IMG/VR virus record: IMGVR_UViG_2684623229_000001 | Coordinates: 24,692 to 88,691 of that record | From: a virus | Taxonomy: Duplodnaviria; Caudoviricetes | Reading direction: 5' to 3' (one strand) | DNA length: 64,000 nucleotides | Shown here: in pieces, positions 8,922 through 18,579 of the stretch | Numbering within the stretch: the stretch's first letter is position 1 | How the letters are laid out: each line of letters starts with the position of its first letter | The notes under the pieces: generated by a model | Database searches by the model: none | The model's input: the letters and a program-made list of their open reading frames with translations, nothing else | What the model was told of the DNA's origin: nothing | Translations under genes and position numbers: made by a program

Positions 8922-11630
8922 CTACTCTAAGTCTTTTACCTTAGATTCTAGTATTTTAAACTCATCTCCATAATTATTAATTGCATATATAGTTATATAA
9001 TCATGGAAAAATAGCCCCTTTCCACCGTTATAATCTAAAAAATTTATTTTTAAAGTTCCATCAGAGCTTGGCTCATAACTAGATCTGGTTATATTAAAAT
9101 TATGTCCCCCTGTACATTTAATTCTATATTTAGGTATATGCTTACTTATTTCTCTCATATCTTTAGTAAATGTAATTGAATTACCATAGTAGAGGTCACC
9201 GTAATCAGGATCCCGCCAGTGATGTACTTCTAGTTTATGATCTGTATAAAAAGACTTTACATACTGCTCATTTCTAAAAGGATCATCTTTATTATCATCT
9301 TTATTATCATCTTTATTATCTGATTCACTTTTAATATTTGATACTTCTGATATTGAAACATCATCGAAGTATACTTTCGTTATAGGGTCCAATTTTTTTA
9401 AATGCATTGAAATAGTGCTGTTATTATCAGCACTTTTTATCGGAATATCTATCCTTTGATAACCTTTATTATTCAACTTAACTTCCATATTACTGACAAC
9501 GGAACTCCAACCGTCAGGGGTGCTATCTGTTAAAATTATTGTACCAGTTGTATTTTTATCTGATTTCATATATAAACTTACATAATATTTTTTGTGATCC
9601 TTTATTCTAGTTCCTGAGAGAGTAAGCCTTCCATCGGTAGTATTGTCATTTGGTTCAAAGGTATACTGTTTCTTACCAGTAACACCACCATCAACTATAG
9701 ATATATTTTTTAATTTATTATCGTTTCCCTCAGCTGAGTATAATTTTTGAGCTAGCTTAATTGTAAAATTCATTTTAGGTTCTAACTTAACATCATATAT
9801 AGTGTGTACATCTTTAAACTTATCTGTTGTATCATTTATTTGTTTTTGAATTTCTTTAGCAGTATCATTATCTACATATGTCATTACAGCTGATTCAAAT
9901 ATTGGTCTATCATTATAGTATAAAAGTCCTTCTTTTTCTTTTACTTCTTTTGGGAAACTAAGTTTTATTGCCTCTCTTAATGTTATACTAGGTGCATTTC
10001 TTAATTCTGGATCATTATAATCTTTTGCAAAAACTCTACGTTCTTTTACTTCATCTCCAGAATCTACAATTATTGATGCGGTTTTATTTTCTATTTGTCC
10101 AACTACTCCATTCCAATCACCGCCCATTTCAAATTCTCCATCAAAATTTACTCTACCAAATTTTCCATCAGTTTGGGTTGTTTCTACTTTTACAGTATCT
10201 CCTTCACTAATTGCTTTTGTTTGATCTGAATTTAGTTTAATACCTGCATTAGAATTAAAATCATCCATACTATTTAATAAAATTGGACTTAATTCCTTTT
10301 TAGGATAGCTCTCTCCTGAAGGTATTTGTAGTGCTGTAGAATTTGATTTAGCAGTAATTGTAGCAAAAGCTTTTCCATCAAGTATAAAATTTGTTGTAGG
10401 TTTTACATCATAAATAGCTCCTGTTCCTACATTATTATATCTTACGTTAGCATTAAAAAAAGACTTTTCTGCGCCATTAAATGATGTGATGTCACTATCA
10501 CTATGTCCCCAGTCTGAACCAACAGTTTCTGAGTGTGAATAATTTCCGCTAGCTCCAAAGGAGAAACCTTCACTCATACTAAATCCTGCATGTACTTCTG
10601 CACCTTCAGTATTAGTGTATGTCCAATTATTTGATGAATGTGATTCATGCTGATTTGACATATTTTCATTTAATGATAAGTACATATTTTCCATACTGAC
10701 ATTTACACTTGGATATGCTGCAACTAATGGATTAAATGTAGAAGGATCATTTGATTTATCAATATCTTTTGCTGCCTTTTCAAAGTCTGTATAAGGATCA
10801 CCAACTGTATGAGCATCAAATGGATTAGAGGTAAATTTTTTATATCCTTCTTTTGCAAATGAATCTTCCCATTTGACTGCTTTTCTATTTTTAACTGTAT
10901 AGCCATTTATCTCCCACTTATCTGGAATACTATCTCCATCTGTATCTCCATCATCATCTTCTAAACTGATATTATTAGGTTTAGTTGCCTTAAATAAGTT
11001 AGATTTTAAAGAACGTGGTAATAGGTGTTTTTTCTCTTGTTTATCATACTCAGGATTATTTAATTCAGATTGTTCTACTTTTATACTTTTACCATTTTTA
11101 TCAACTTTCTCTAGAACCATATTAGTTAGTATTTTATCATCAAACTTAATTCCCTTTTTATTTTGGTATTCAATTTTTATTTCTACAAGTTGTCCTTTTT
11201 TTAAATGTATAGTTTCTTTCTTTTCACCTTTATTGGAAATAATTTTCCCATTTACTTCAATAATAGCATTTTTATCATCAGATATTTTTAATTTATAGTC
11301 TCCTGTTGTATTACTTTTTAAGTATCCAAACCATTTAATTGATTTATAGCTACTATTATTTTTAGTTAATAACCCTTTATCCTCTGAAGTTATATCAAAT
11401 ATTAATTTACCATTCCTAGTAGGTGCGTAAAGTGTTGGGTTTTTAAAATCAGAATCGCTAAAATAATATCCAAGTAATCCTGATCTATCTACTTTTTGAT
11501 TTGTTTTTTGATTTATCTTAGATGTTACTTGAGTTGGTTTTTCTTTTGCTTTTACATTATAATTACTTACGCTAAACGTAGAACTTACTATAACTGTACA
11601 AGCTACAAGCAATGCTATTTTTTTATTCAT
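8922..11630 (-). CDS. Binary toxin binding/translocation component, Vip1 (Vpb1)/protective-antigen family
   Basis: Signal peptide; PA14 domain (GLLGYYFSD); Ca-binding DTDGDSIPD..E..GY; SNPFDAHTVGDPYTDFEKA; NANVRYNNVGTG; phi-clamp SMDDFNS. Confidence 0.93.
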   Translation of the reverse strand: MNKKIALLVACTVIVSSTFSVSNYNVKAKEKPTQVTSKINQKTNQKVDRSGLLGYYFSDSDFKNPTLYAPTRNGKLIFDITSEDKGLLTKNNSSYKSIKWFGYLKSNTTGDYKLKISDDKNAIIEVNGKIISNKGEKKETIHLKKGQLVEIKIEYQNKKGIKFDDKILTNMVLEKVDKNGKSIKVEQSELNNPEYDKQEKKHLLPRSLKSNLFKATKPNNISLEDDDGDTDGDSIPDKWEINGYTVKNRKAVKWEDSFAKEGYKKFTSNPFDAHTVGDPYTDFEKAAKDIDKSNDPSTFNPLVAAYPSVNVSMENMYLSLNENMSNQHESHSSNNWTYTNTEGAEVHAGFSMSEGFSFGASGNYSHSETVGSDWGHSDSDITSFNGAEKSFFNANVRYNNVGTGAIYDVKPTTNFILDGKAFATITAKSNSTALQIPSGESYPKKELSPILLNSMDDFNSNAGIKLNSDQTKAISEGDTVKVETTQTDGKFGRVNFDGEFEMGGDWNGVVGQIENKTASIIVDSGDEVKERRVFAKDYNDPELRNAPSITLREAIKLSFPKEVKEKEGLLYYNDRPIFESAVMTYVDNDTAKEIQKQINDTTDKFKDVHTIYDVKLEPKMNFTIKLAQKLYSAEGNDNKLKNISIVDGGVTGKKQYTFEPNDNTTDGRLTLSGTRIKDHKKYYVSLYMKSDKNTTGTIILTDSTPDGWSSVVSNMEVKLNNKGYQRIDIPIKSADNNSTISMHLKKLDPITKVYFDDVSISEVSNIKSESDNKDDNKDDNKDDPFRNEQYVKSFYTDHKLEVHHWRDPDYGDLYYGNSITFTKDMREISKHIPKYRIKCTGGHNFNITRSSYEPSSDGTLKINFLDYNGGKGLFFHDYITIYAINNYGDEFKILESKVKDLE
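9282..9320. repeat. 12-bp tandem repeat x3 encoding a (DNKD)n linker
   Basis: ATCATCTTTATT repeated in frame before the last domain. Confidence 0.85.
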
Positions 11631-11647
11631 AATCTCTCCCCCTTAAA

Positions 11648-13027
11648 TCACTTTTTCAATAAGGTAGCATCTACTATATACTTTTCTTTTCCTTTTATTA
11701 TTGCCTTACTTATTTTATTTATATGGTATTTACTTCCTTTATTTAAAAGTATTTCTTTTTCAGATCCAAAACCACCTAAAGCACTCACATAAGCACCTGT
11801 AGATCCTTTTGATACCTGAAGTCTTAATATTATCTTTCTAGAACTAAATGCGGATAGTGCTTCACTTGATAAACTAGTACTCATGTATCCTTTTTCCAAT
11901 TTATCTTTATTTAAAAAATCTTCTTCAAATTTTTTAAACTCGGGTATTTTTCCTATTTCATACCCAAATTCAGCAGCACCACACCATCTATATACTGTTA
12001 CATTTTCAGGAATTGGTCTTTTCTCTAATGATTCAGTTATTTTTTCTATTCTATCTTTTATTCTTGATTCTTCCATAGTTGATCCTGATACTGGTTTACT
12101 GTCATTTCTTAAATAAGCATTTATATCTTTATATTCTCTTCTTATATAACCATCTAATGCTTCTCTTTCTTCAACTGATAAATCATTTGCCCATTCCTTA
12201 TAATTTTGTTTTCCCCATCTATCAGCTAATCCATTTAAGTCATTCTTAAAATCAAAACTTTCTTGTAATTCTCCATTTACAATTACATAATCACGACCCT
12301 TTAAAGTACTCTCATAAACTGAGTCTACCTTGATTACGTAATCATTGCTAACTAACATTTTGTATTCTTCACCATCTAAAATTACTCCAGCTTTTGTTGG
12401 ATGAGCTTTACCTTTACTGCTTGGTACTGTTACTTTTAATATGATTCTTTTATCAGGGTCTAACTTTTGTTCACTAACATTTGTTTCAAAATAACTATCA
12501 AGTTTAAGATAATTATCTTTCTCTTTATCATGTAAAAATTGTTCCCTAAATTTTTTCAGTTCATCTCTATTAACATCATTACCACTAAATAGCTTACCAT
12601 TAAATCCAATACTATTAGCATCTACATTTTTATATGTTACAACAGAATCTGATAAGTTAGCTTTTTCTAAGGATCTGTCAATATCTTTTAATATTTCCTT
12701 TTCTGAATCAAATTCTCCAGCCATAGAATAGGTAATTTTATTATAATCTGTTTTTATAGAATCCTTGTCTTTTATATATTTACCTATATTTTCTTTCTGA
12801 CTACTTGTTAACTTCCATTCTTTTTCTTTTTCTTTTCCCCATTCTTTTGCCTTTTCTTTATCCTTTTCTTTAAAATCAACTACATCATCTCTTGCAATTA
12901 ACAAACTTTGTGATACTGAGACTTTAGAATTTTTAGCTAGAACAGTTTGAGCACTTCCTATATTAGAAAACATAACTGTAGCCAATAAAACTGCTGAAAT
13001 TATTTTTTTTCTATTTATTATTTTCAC
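11648..13027 (-). CDS. Binary toxin enzymatic component, Vip2 (Vpa2)-like ADP-ribosyltransferase
   Basis: Signal peptide; two ART folds; catalytic YRW / YMSTS / SEKE (R-STS-EXE); Vip2-typical DKEKAKEWGKEKEKEWKLT and PTKAGVIL. Confidence 0.93.
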   Translation of the reverse strand: MKIINRKKIISAVLLATVMFSNIGSAQTVLAKNSKVSVSQSLLIARDDVVDFKEKDKEKAKEWGKEKEKEWKLTSSQKENIGKYIKDKDSIKTDYNKITYSMAGEFDSEKEILKDIDRSLEKANLSDSVVTYKNVDANSIGFNGKLFSGNDVNRDELKKFREQFLHDKEKDNYLKLDSYFETNVSEQKLDPDKRIILKVTVPSSKGKAHPTKAGVILDGEEYKMLVSNDYVIKVDSVYESTLKGRDYVIVNGELQESFDFKNDLNGLADRWGKQNYKEWANDLSVEEREALDGYIRREYKDINAYLRNDSKPVSGSTMEESRIKDRIEKITESLEKRPIPENVTVYRWCGAAEFGYEIGKIPEFKKFEEDFLNKDKLEKGYMSTSLSSEALSAFSSRKIILRLQVSKGSTGAYVSALGGFGSEKEILLNKGSKYHINKISKAIIKGKEKYIVDATLLKK

Positions 13028-13070
13028 CTCCTTAAATATTTTTTAATAATTATGATTTTTTACATAGACA

Positions 13071-13099
13071 ATTATACATTTCTTATTCTTCTAAGTAAA
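13071..13099 (-). promoter_or_regulatory. sigmaA promoter of the toxin operon
   Basis: TTTACT-N17-TATAAT on the minus strand. Confidence 0.6.
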
Positions 13100-13719
13100 G
13101 TTTCACCATGAATAGCATAAAATGTAACAATATTAGATATATTTATTTAAATTTCGAACTATTAATTAATTTTTCAATCATATTTTTATACAATTTTATA
13201 TAAAATTTCGTATCTTTTGATAAGCAAAAAAAGTTTTTCTAATAAAAAATTATAATTGTAAGGATTATTTAAGGTTGTTGTTATTTAAAATTAAGGTTGT
13301 TTTCAAAACAAGATAATAGAAAGGAGATTTCATGAAAAAATTTATTTTCTATCTATATGTAATATATTTTTTATGTAATTTTTTTGTTTTTAGTTAAATT
13401 ATAAATGCTGTTATTTAAATTTTATTGTAAACTTTTAAGTTATATTAACAAATAAACTAAATTTTATATATTTAAAATTTAATATGTATCTAAACTTTAA
13501 TTTCTTATTTTGTAATTTAAATCATATAATATTTTTATCCATAAAAAATACTTCCTCTATAGGAACAGTTTATTATTCTAACTGTCTACTATAAAGGAAG
13601 TATATCAATAATACTCTTATCTAGTTATTCTTAAACATATTAATTTTAAAATTTTTATGAATGTTTAAACAAAACTTTTTACAAACTCAATCCCCATGCA
13701 TTGCATGGGATTTTATCTG

Positions 13720-14061
13720 TTAATAGTTAAAGCTAACATACTGTTTAGCCACGTAACCTTCTAGTGAGCCATATCTTACGTACAACCATTCTTGACCATC
13801 AGCGTATGCTGCTTCATTATTATACTCTACTAAAGTACCTTTATATAATAAAGTTAAAATTGTACCATTTGAACCTGGCTTAGATCTTAATCTTACACCA
13901 TCACCAGTAATCATAACATATCCTGTTGATCTTGCAGCTCTTGTTAAGATTTGTTTTTTCTCAACAGTAGGAGCTTTTGATTTTTCAGCAGCAAATGCTG
14001 GAGCAGTTGAACCAACCATTGTTGCTGCAACTAACATAGTTGCTATTAATGCTTTTTTCAT
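13720..14061 (-). CDS. Secreted SH3b-domain protein
   Basis: Signal peptide AFA|AE; VRLRSKPG...W..V....GYV SH3_3 motif; terminator at ~13689-13712. Confidence 0.8.
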   Translation of the reverse strand: MKKALIATMLVAATMVGSTAPAFAAEKSKAPTVEKKQILTRAARSTGYVMITGDGVRLRSKPGSNGTILTLLYKGTLVEYNNEAAYADGQEWLYVRYGSLEGYVAKQYVSFNY

Positions 14062-14420
14062 TTTGTTTTACCCCCATATTCTATAAAATGATTTGATAAT
14101 AAAATATATTGTGTAATTTTTTGTTCTTATGGAAATATAATACACTATTTACAATAATTTAGCAATTACTTGTCGCGATTTAAATTTATAATTTTAAATT
14201 TAGAATTACTTCATTTTTAAAGCTGGGTATCGTATTTTTACTTTTAAACCTAGGCTTATGAAAGAAAGTGAACGTAGTTTATTATACATATAGAAGCTTT
14301 TTCGATAGAATTTATTTGTAATGATATTTTATTTGGAGTGCAGAAGGTATAATAAGTTTTTAGAGGTAGAAACTAAAATAGTATGAAAAACCAACATTTT
14401 TTATATAATATATTTTTATG

Positions 14421-14620
14421 GATTAAATTTTTTATACCTTGGTTATAATAAAAATGACTAAAACATAGCACCAATCTATATATAAAAAATCCATACAAAT
14501 AAAAGAACCCTAACAAAAGGGTTCTTTTGTTTAAATAAGGATGTTTGTATTTAAACTATTAGGAAGCATTGTATTTAATATTCTATAAATGTTAAAAAAT
14601 TCCTTTGAATAATAAAAAAA
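14421..14620. repeat. Repeated sRNA-like cassette, copy 2 (diverged)
   Basis: Same promoter / terminator / promoter scaffold as copies 1 and 3. Confidence 0.8.
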
Positions 14621-14657
14621 TAATCTTTTTTCTTTTATTTAGTAATCGTTATTAAAA

Positions 14658-14888
14658 TCAATTATTATATGGTATGGTATAACCACAATTGCGACACGCC
14701 ATATACACTAGTTTGCCATGGAAATCATGAAATGGCTTAAAATCATGACCTAAATAATCGCAACATTTATGATTTTCTCCTCGCCCAACCGTAGCACCAC
14801 ATCTTGGGCAACTTTCTGCTGCATAAGCACTAGATACATTTACCCCAAGTATCAATGCTGTTAAAAGACCAATTACAATTTTTTTCAT
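14658..14888 (-). CDS. Secreted Cys/His-rich peptide
   Basis: Signal peptide AYA|AE; CPRC, HKCC, H, CRNC. Confidence 0.75.
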   Translation of the reverse strand: MKKIVIGLLTALILGVNVSSAYAAESCPRCGATVGRGENHKCCDYLGHDFKPFHDFHGKLVYMACRNCGYTIPYNN

Positions 14889-15042
14889 TTAGTCATCCCC
14901 CTTTATATTATTTTATCTGTTAAATCATTTTAACTTAACAGATTCTTATTATATAATTTCTACATTTATATAGTTTTTCCTTTATAATTTTTACCAAAAA
15001 TTCAGACATTTTACATTGTTTTTCAATAAAATAATACAAAAG

Positions 15043-15200
15043 TGGTACTATCAAAACACAACACCAATATATAAAATTCCATACAAAAAGAACCCTATTT
15101 ATTGGGGTTCTTTTCTTTAAGCAAGGAGGTTGCCTAAATTATTGGTAAGCCGTTATATCTAATATTCTACAAATGTTAAAAAATTCCTTTAAACAATAAA
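15043..15200. repeat. Repeated sRNA-like cassette, copy 3
   Basis: Near-identical to copy 1 from ~15110 to ~15190. Confidence 0.85.
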
Positions 15201-15791
15201 AAAAAGGTACTCCCATTATAGAAGTACCTTTAAAAACTCCATTAAATAGAGTTCTTTTTATTTAATAGCTTGTCTTTTTATTAAGTAAAAAATAAATTTA
15301 ATAATAAAAGGTATAGTTTTTATATTATAAGTACATACTTTAAATAAACAATTTTTATGTAAAGGAGGTATTTATAATATAATGTACCTTTTAGTATTAA
15401 TTATTATCGTAGCAATAATTTTTAAAAAATAATACTATTCTTTTGATATATTATTGCAGTGTATTGTTCTTTTTTATTTCAGCAAATATTTATAATCCTT
15501 TTAAAATTATTTCACATCAAATTTTATATCTTTATCAAATTATTTTATATTGATATAATAACCACTTTGAAGTGGTTATATACATAATTGCTTTATAAAT
15601 TTTATCAAATTGTTTTACATTGTATTTATATTTTAGCCTTATTACATTATTTTATTCAAGTTTTTTATTAAATTATTTTATATTGTATTTAAAAATAATT
15701 TGTGCAAAGTGACTATATTCTCTATATTAAATATTATAATCTTTATAGGGTTCAATTTATTAAAAATAATTACCTCCATATACATTTAATA

Positions 15792-16394
15792 TTATTTCAA
15801 TATATAGATTCCATTTGAAAAACAATTTAATTTTATATTTTTAAAACCTTTTTCTAAAATCTCCTCTTTGACAGAATAAGCTTTATCGGTATTTTTAGTT
15901 AAAATTATTAAATTCTTCTTATTTGTATTAACAATAAAAATATTATATCCAAAACATATATTCAAAACAGGATTTATATACAACATATTACTTTTACAAT
16001 ATAAGTAACACAGTAATATCTGTATTAATATCCCCGTAACTAAAATGTTTATATCATAATCTTTTAGGTTAACAAAATCTGTGGTTATAAACGATACTAT
16101 ATAAGCTAAGACATAGTCAACAACTTTATCATTTCCATCAGAAACACCTATTATTCTTATTGTTTCTGTATAATCGTTAGATACCTTTAACGCAAATATT
16201 AATATAATAGTAGGAACTATTATTAAAATTACTAAAACATATAAGATCATATCATTAATATTTATATTTGCTAATTTTCTTAATTTTATTATAGAATCCA
16301 TTATATCCGTAATACCATAATTTAAAGTTATTATTAAAATATACAATGGTGAGTATGACGATAAAAACATTATTACTTTACCTATTTTGTTCAC
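15792..16394 (-). CDS. kwaA: Kiwa anti-phage membrane protein KwaA-like
   Basis: Four TM segments; FLSSYSPL, YV.AYIV.F and YINPVL...GY motifs; adjacent to KwaB-like gene. Confidence 0.75.
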   Translation of the reverse strand: MNKIGKVIMFLSSYSPLYILIITLNYGITDIMDSIIKLRKLANININDMILYVLVILIIVPTIILIFALKVSNDYTETIRIIGVSDGNDKVVDYVLAYIVSFITTDFVNLKDYDINILVTGILIQILLCYLYCKSNMLYINPVLNICFGYNIFIVNTNKKNLIILTKNTDKAYSVKEEILEKGFKNIKLNCFSNGIYILK

Positions 16395-16419
16395 ATACTC
16401 ACCTCCTAATTCTTAAATA

Positions 16420-17319
16420 CTATATTTTAGTTTTTTTATCTGCTACAAAATTTTCCTCTGATATTTTTGAAGTTAAATAATCATTTTGTATCAAATGAAT
16501 TAATTCCGAAGTATCATTAGCTACAATCTTATCATTCTCTATAATCATATCTAATTTTGCTTCACTTATGACTAATTTTATTCTTTCCATATCATTTTTC
16601 ATTTTATCATTAAACCATATAATGTTTTTAGCAGTTATTTTTGAAATTTTCTTTTTGATAGTAACTTTTTCACAATCCTTCTCCATTAAATCTATATTCT
16701 TAATTAAATCCAAGCTTCTAATCTTATCTATATTCTCATTAGCTTTTTTAGTGTATTCATCTTTATAGTCAAAAATCTGCTCAAAATAGTGCTGGGTAAA
16801 TATGGCTACATAATCTTCATAAACAACACAGTCAAATTTATCGTCAATAGATAATATGTCCTTATCTAATTTTTTAAGTCTTCCATCATTAAAAAATATT
16901 TTTAATTTTCGTTTTAAATAATTACTTGATGAAAATCGTTTAAAAAATATAACTTTATGTTGCTCTTTTTTTAAAACAAGCACATATGCTTTACTGTCTT
17001 TTGTTTCTTTAATAGAGTTAATTTTATTTATCACTTCTATATTATTAAATTCATCTATTATTTTATGCAAATTTCCTACATCTGAAACACCAATACTAGG
17101 AACTTTATCATCCAATTTAACTATTGGATCATACTCTTCTACAGTTTTTTCAGCAGTAATATAAATAAATCTTTCAATTAAACTACTAATTAAATCTTTT
17201 TTTAATTCATCAGTTAAAAGTACTTTTTTAAGTTTATATTCTTTTGACATAAACAAGCAATCTAAATCAAAGTTGTCTCTCTCTCCTAATAATGTTCTTA
17301 TCTTTATTAAATTAAACAT
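16420..17319 (-). CDS. kwaB: Kiwa KwaB-like (DUF4868) protein
   Basis: LSIDDKFDC...FEQIFDY...LI.NDYL.S.IS.E.F pattern. Confidence 0.8.
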   Translation of the reverse strand: MFNLIKIRTLLGERDNFDLDCLFMSKEYKLKKVLLTDELKKDLISSLIERFIYITAEKTVEEYDPIVKLDDKVPSIGVSDVGNLHKIIDEFNNIEVINKINSIKETKDSKAYVLVLKKEQHKVIFFKRFSSSNYLKRKLKIFFNDGRLKKLDKDILSIDDKFDCVVYEDYVAIFTQHYFEQIFDYKDEYTKKANENIDKIRSLDLIKNIDLMEKDCEKVTIKKKISKITAKNIIWFNDKMKNDMERIKLVISEAKLDMIIENDKIVANDTSELIHLIQNDYLTSKISEENFVADKKTKI

Positions 17320-17566
17320 ATTTCCTCCTTATACTGATTATTGTATTGTACTTCATTACTTATACCAGTATAATAGAGGTATAAGTAATGAAATATGGTT
17401 GATTTTTAGAAACCACTTTGACGCCAATCAGCAGTGGTTTCTTTTTTTATATATTAAATGTTAATATTTTCATCTTTTGTATGTTATTCTACAAATTATT
17501 ATAAATTCCTTCAAAAAATAAAAAAATAGGTAACTATAGTATAAAACTATAGTTACCTTTAAAAAT

Positions 17567-18337
17567 TTAATATCTTATATATTTACCATAAACATATCCA
17601 CCATGTGGAGGATAATAAATATGTATCCAATCTCCTTCTTTTCTATATAATTGTACCTTTGCACCATTAGATAAAGCACCTAATATTCTACTAGATGTAG
17701 ACTTACTTTCTCTTACATTTACACCGCTTGGTGTATTTATTGTACCTGTTTTACCATCTAAATTAATCCAACTATTATTGTTGTTATCTGTTGGTTTGCT
17801 TGGTGTTACATTTGAAGATGTACCTAAAACACCATTTACTATTGCTTTAGCAATTCCATTCATTCCATATTTATTAAGTATAGCTACATCTCCAGAACTA
17901 TCTATAAAACATAGTTCTATATAAATTGTTTTGGCTTTAGTTCTTTTAGTTAGTGCTAAAGGCTGGTCTTTAATTCCTCTATTTCTAAATCCTAAATTAT
18001 TTAATTGCTTTAATACTCTATCCGCTTCTACTAAATATTTGCCACTATAAGTATATACTTCTGATCCATAACCACCTACTGTAGTATTAAAATGTATGCA
18101 AATATTTAAATCTGCATTTACTGAATTACATAAGGCTACTTGTTTATTTAAACTTTCTTGTAATGTTGATGCATAATCTACTCTACATATATTGGTTTTA
18201 TGCCCTCTACCTCTTAATTCTTTATCTATTTCACTTACCACTTGTCTTGTTAATACTTCTTCTTTTAATCCATTAATTCCTCTAGTTCCTATGTCTCCAC
18301 CACTTAATGTATGTCCTGGATTTAAATTAAATAACAT
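17567..18337 (-). CDS. Endolysin: N-acetylmuramoyl-L-alanine amidase (Amidase_3) plus SH3b
   Basis: PGH, E, IHFN and IELCF motifs; C-terminal SH3b; start re-assigned after GAGGAGG. Confidence 0.9.
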   Translation of the reverse strand: MLFNLNPGHTLSGGDIGTRGINGLKEEVLTRQVVSEIDKELRGRGHKTNICRVDYASTLQESLNKQVALCNSVNADLNICIHFNTTVGGYGSEVYTYSGKYLVEADRVLKQLNNLGFRNRGIKDQPLALTKRTKAKTIYIELCFIDSSGDVAILNKYGMNGIAKAIVNGVLGTSSNVTPSKPTDNNNNSWINLDGKTGTINTPSGVNVRESKSTSSRILGALSNGAKVQLYRKEGDWIHIYYPPHGGYVYGKYIRY

Positions 18338-18381
18338 AATTAAAATTACCTCCTCTAAATTTAATAAAAAAAGAACAGGCA

Positions 18382-18576
18382 TTAATCCTGCTCTTTACTT
18401 TCCTTAACTGCCTGTCTAGCACTAGACTGACCAAAATAAAATCCTATTATTAATGTAAATACAGAAAGAAATTCTGTACTTGATATATTAGTTTTTAATG
18501 CTAAAATATAAAATACTATAGTAGTCAATAATGCTATTATCTTTTTTATCTGTAAGAATTGTTTTAGAAACTCCAT
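18382..18576 (-). CDS. Holin-like protein
   Basis: Two TMs, FYFGQSS motif, directly upstream of the lysin. Confidence 0.75.
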   Translation of the reverse strand: MEFLKQFLQIKKIIALLTTIVFYILALKTNISSTEFLSVFTLIIGFYFGQSSARQAVKESKEQD

Positions 18577-18579
18577 AGT

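Noticed and set aside
8922-13027. Botulinum neurotoxin, C2 or C3 toxin
   Set aside because: No neurotoxin-like metalloprotease or cluster genes; signal peptides, the two-component layout and motifs fit Vip1/Vip2
8441-15200. CRISPR array or solitary CRISPR repeats
   Set aside because: Units are ~170 bp, hundreds to thousands of bases apart, with no repeat-spacer periodicity and no cas genes
15382-15432. 16-aa hydrophobic ORF MYLLVLIIIVAIIFKK as a type I toxin
   Set aside because: SD spacing is long, the ORF is very short in extremely AT-rich DNA and no antitoxin is evident; more likely gene debris
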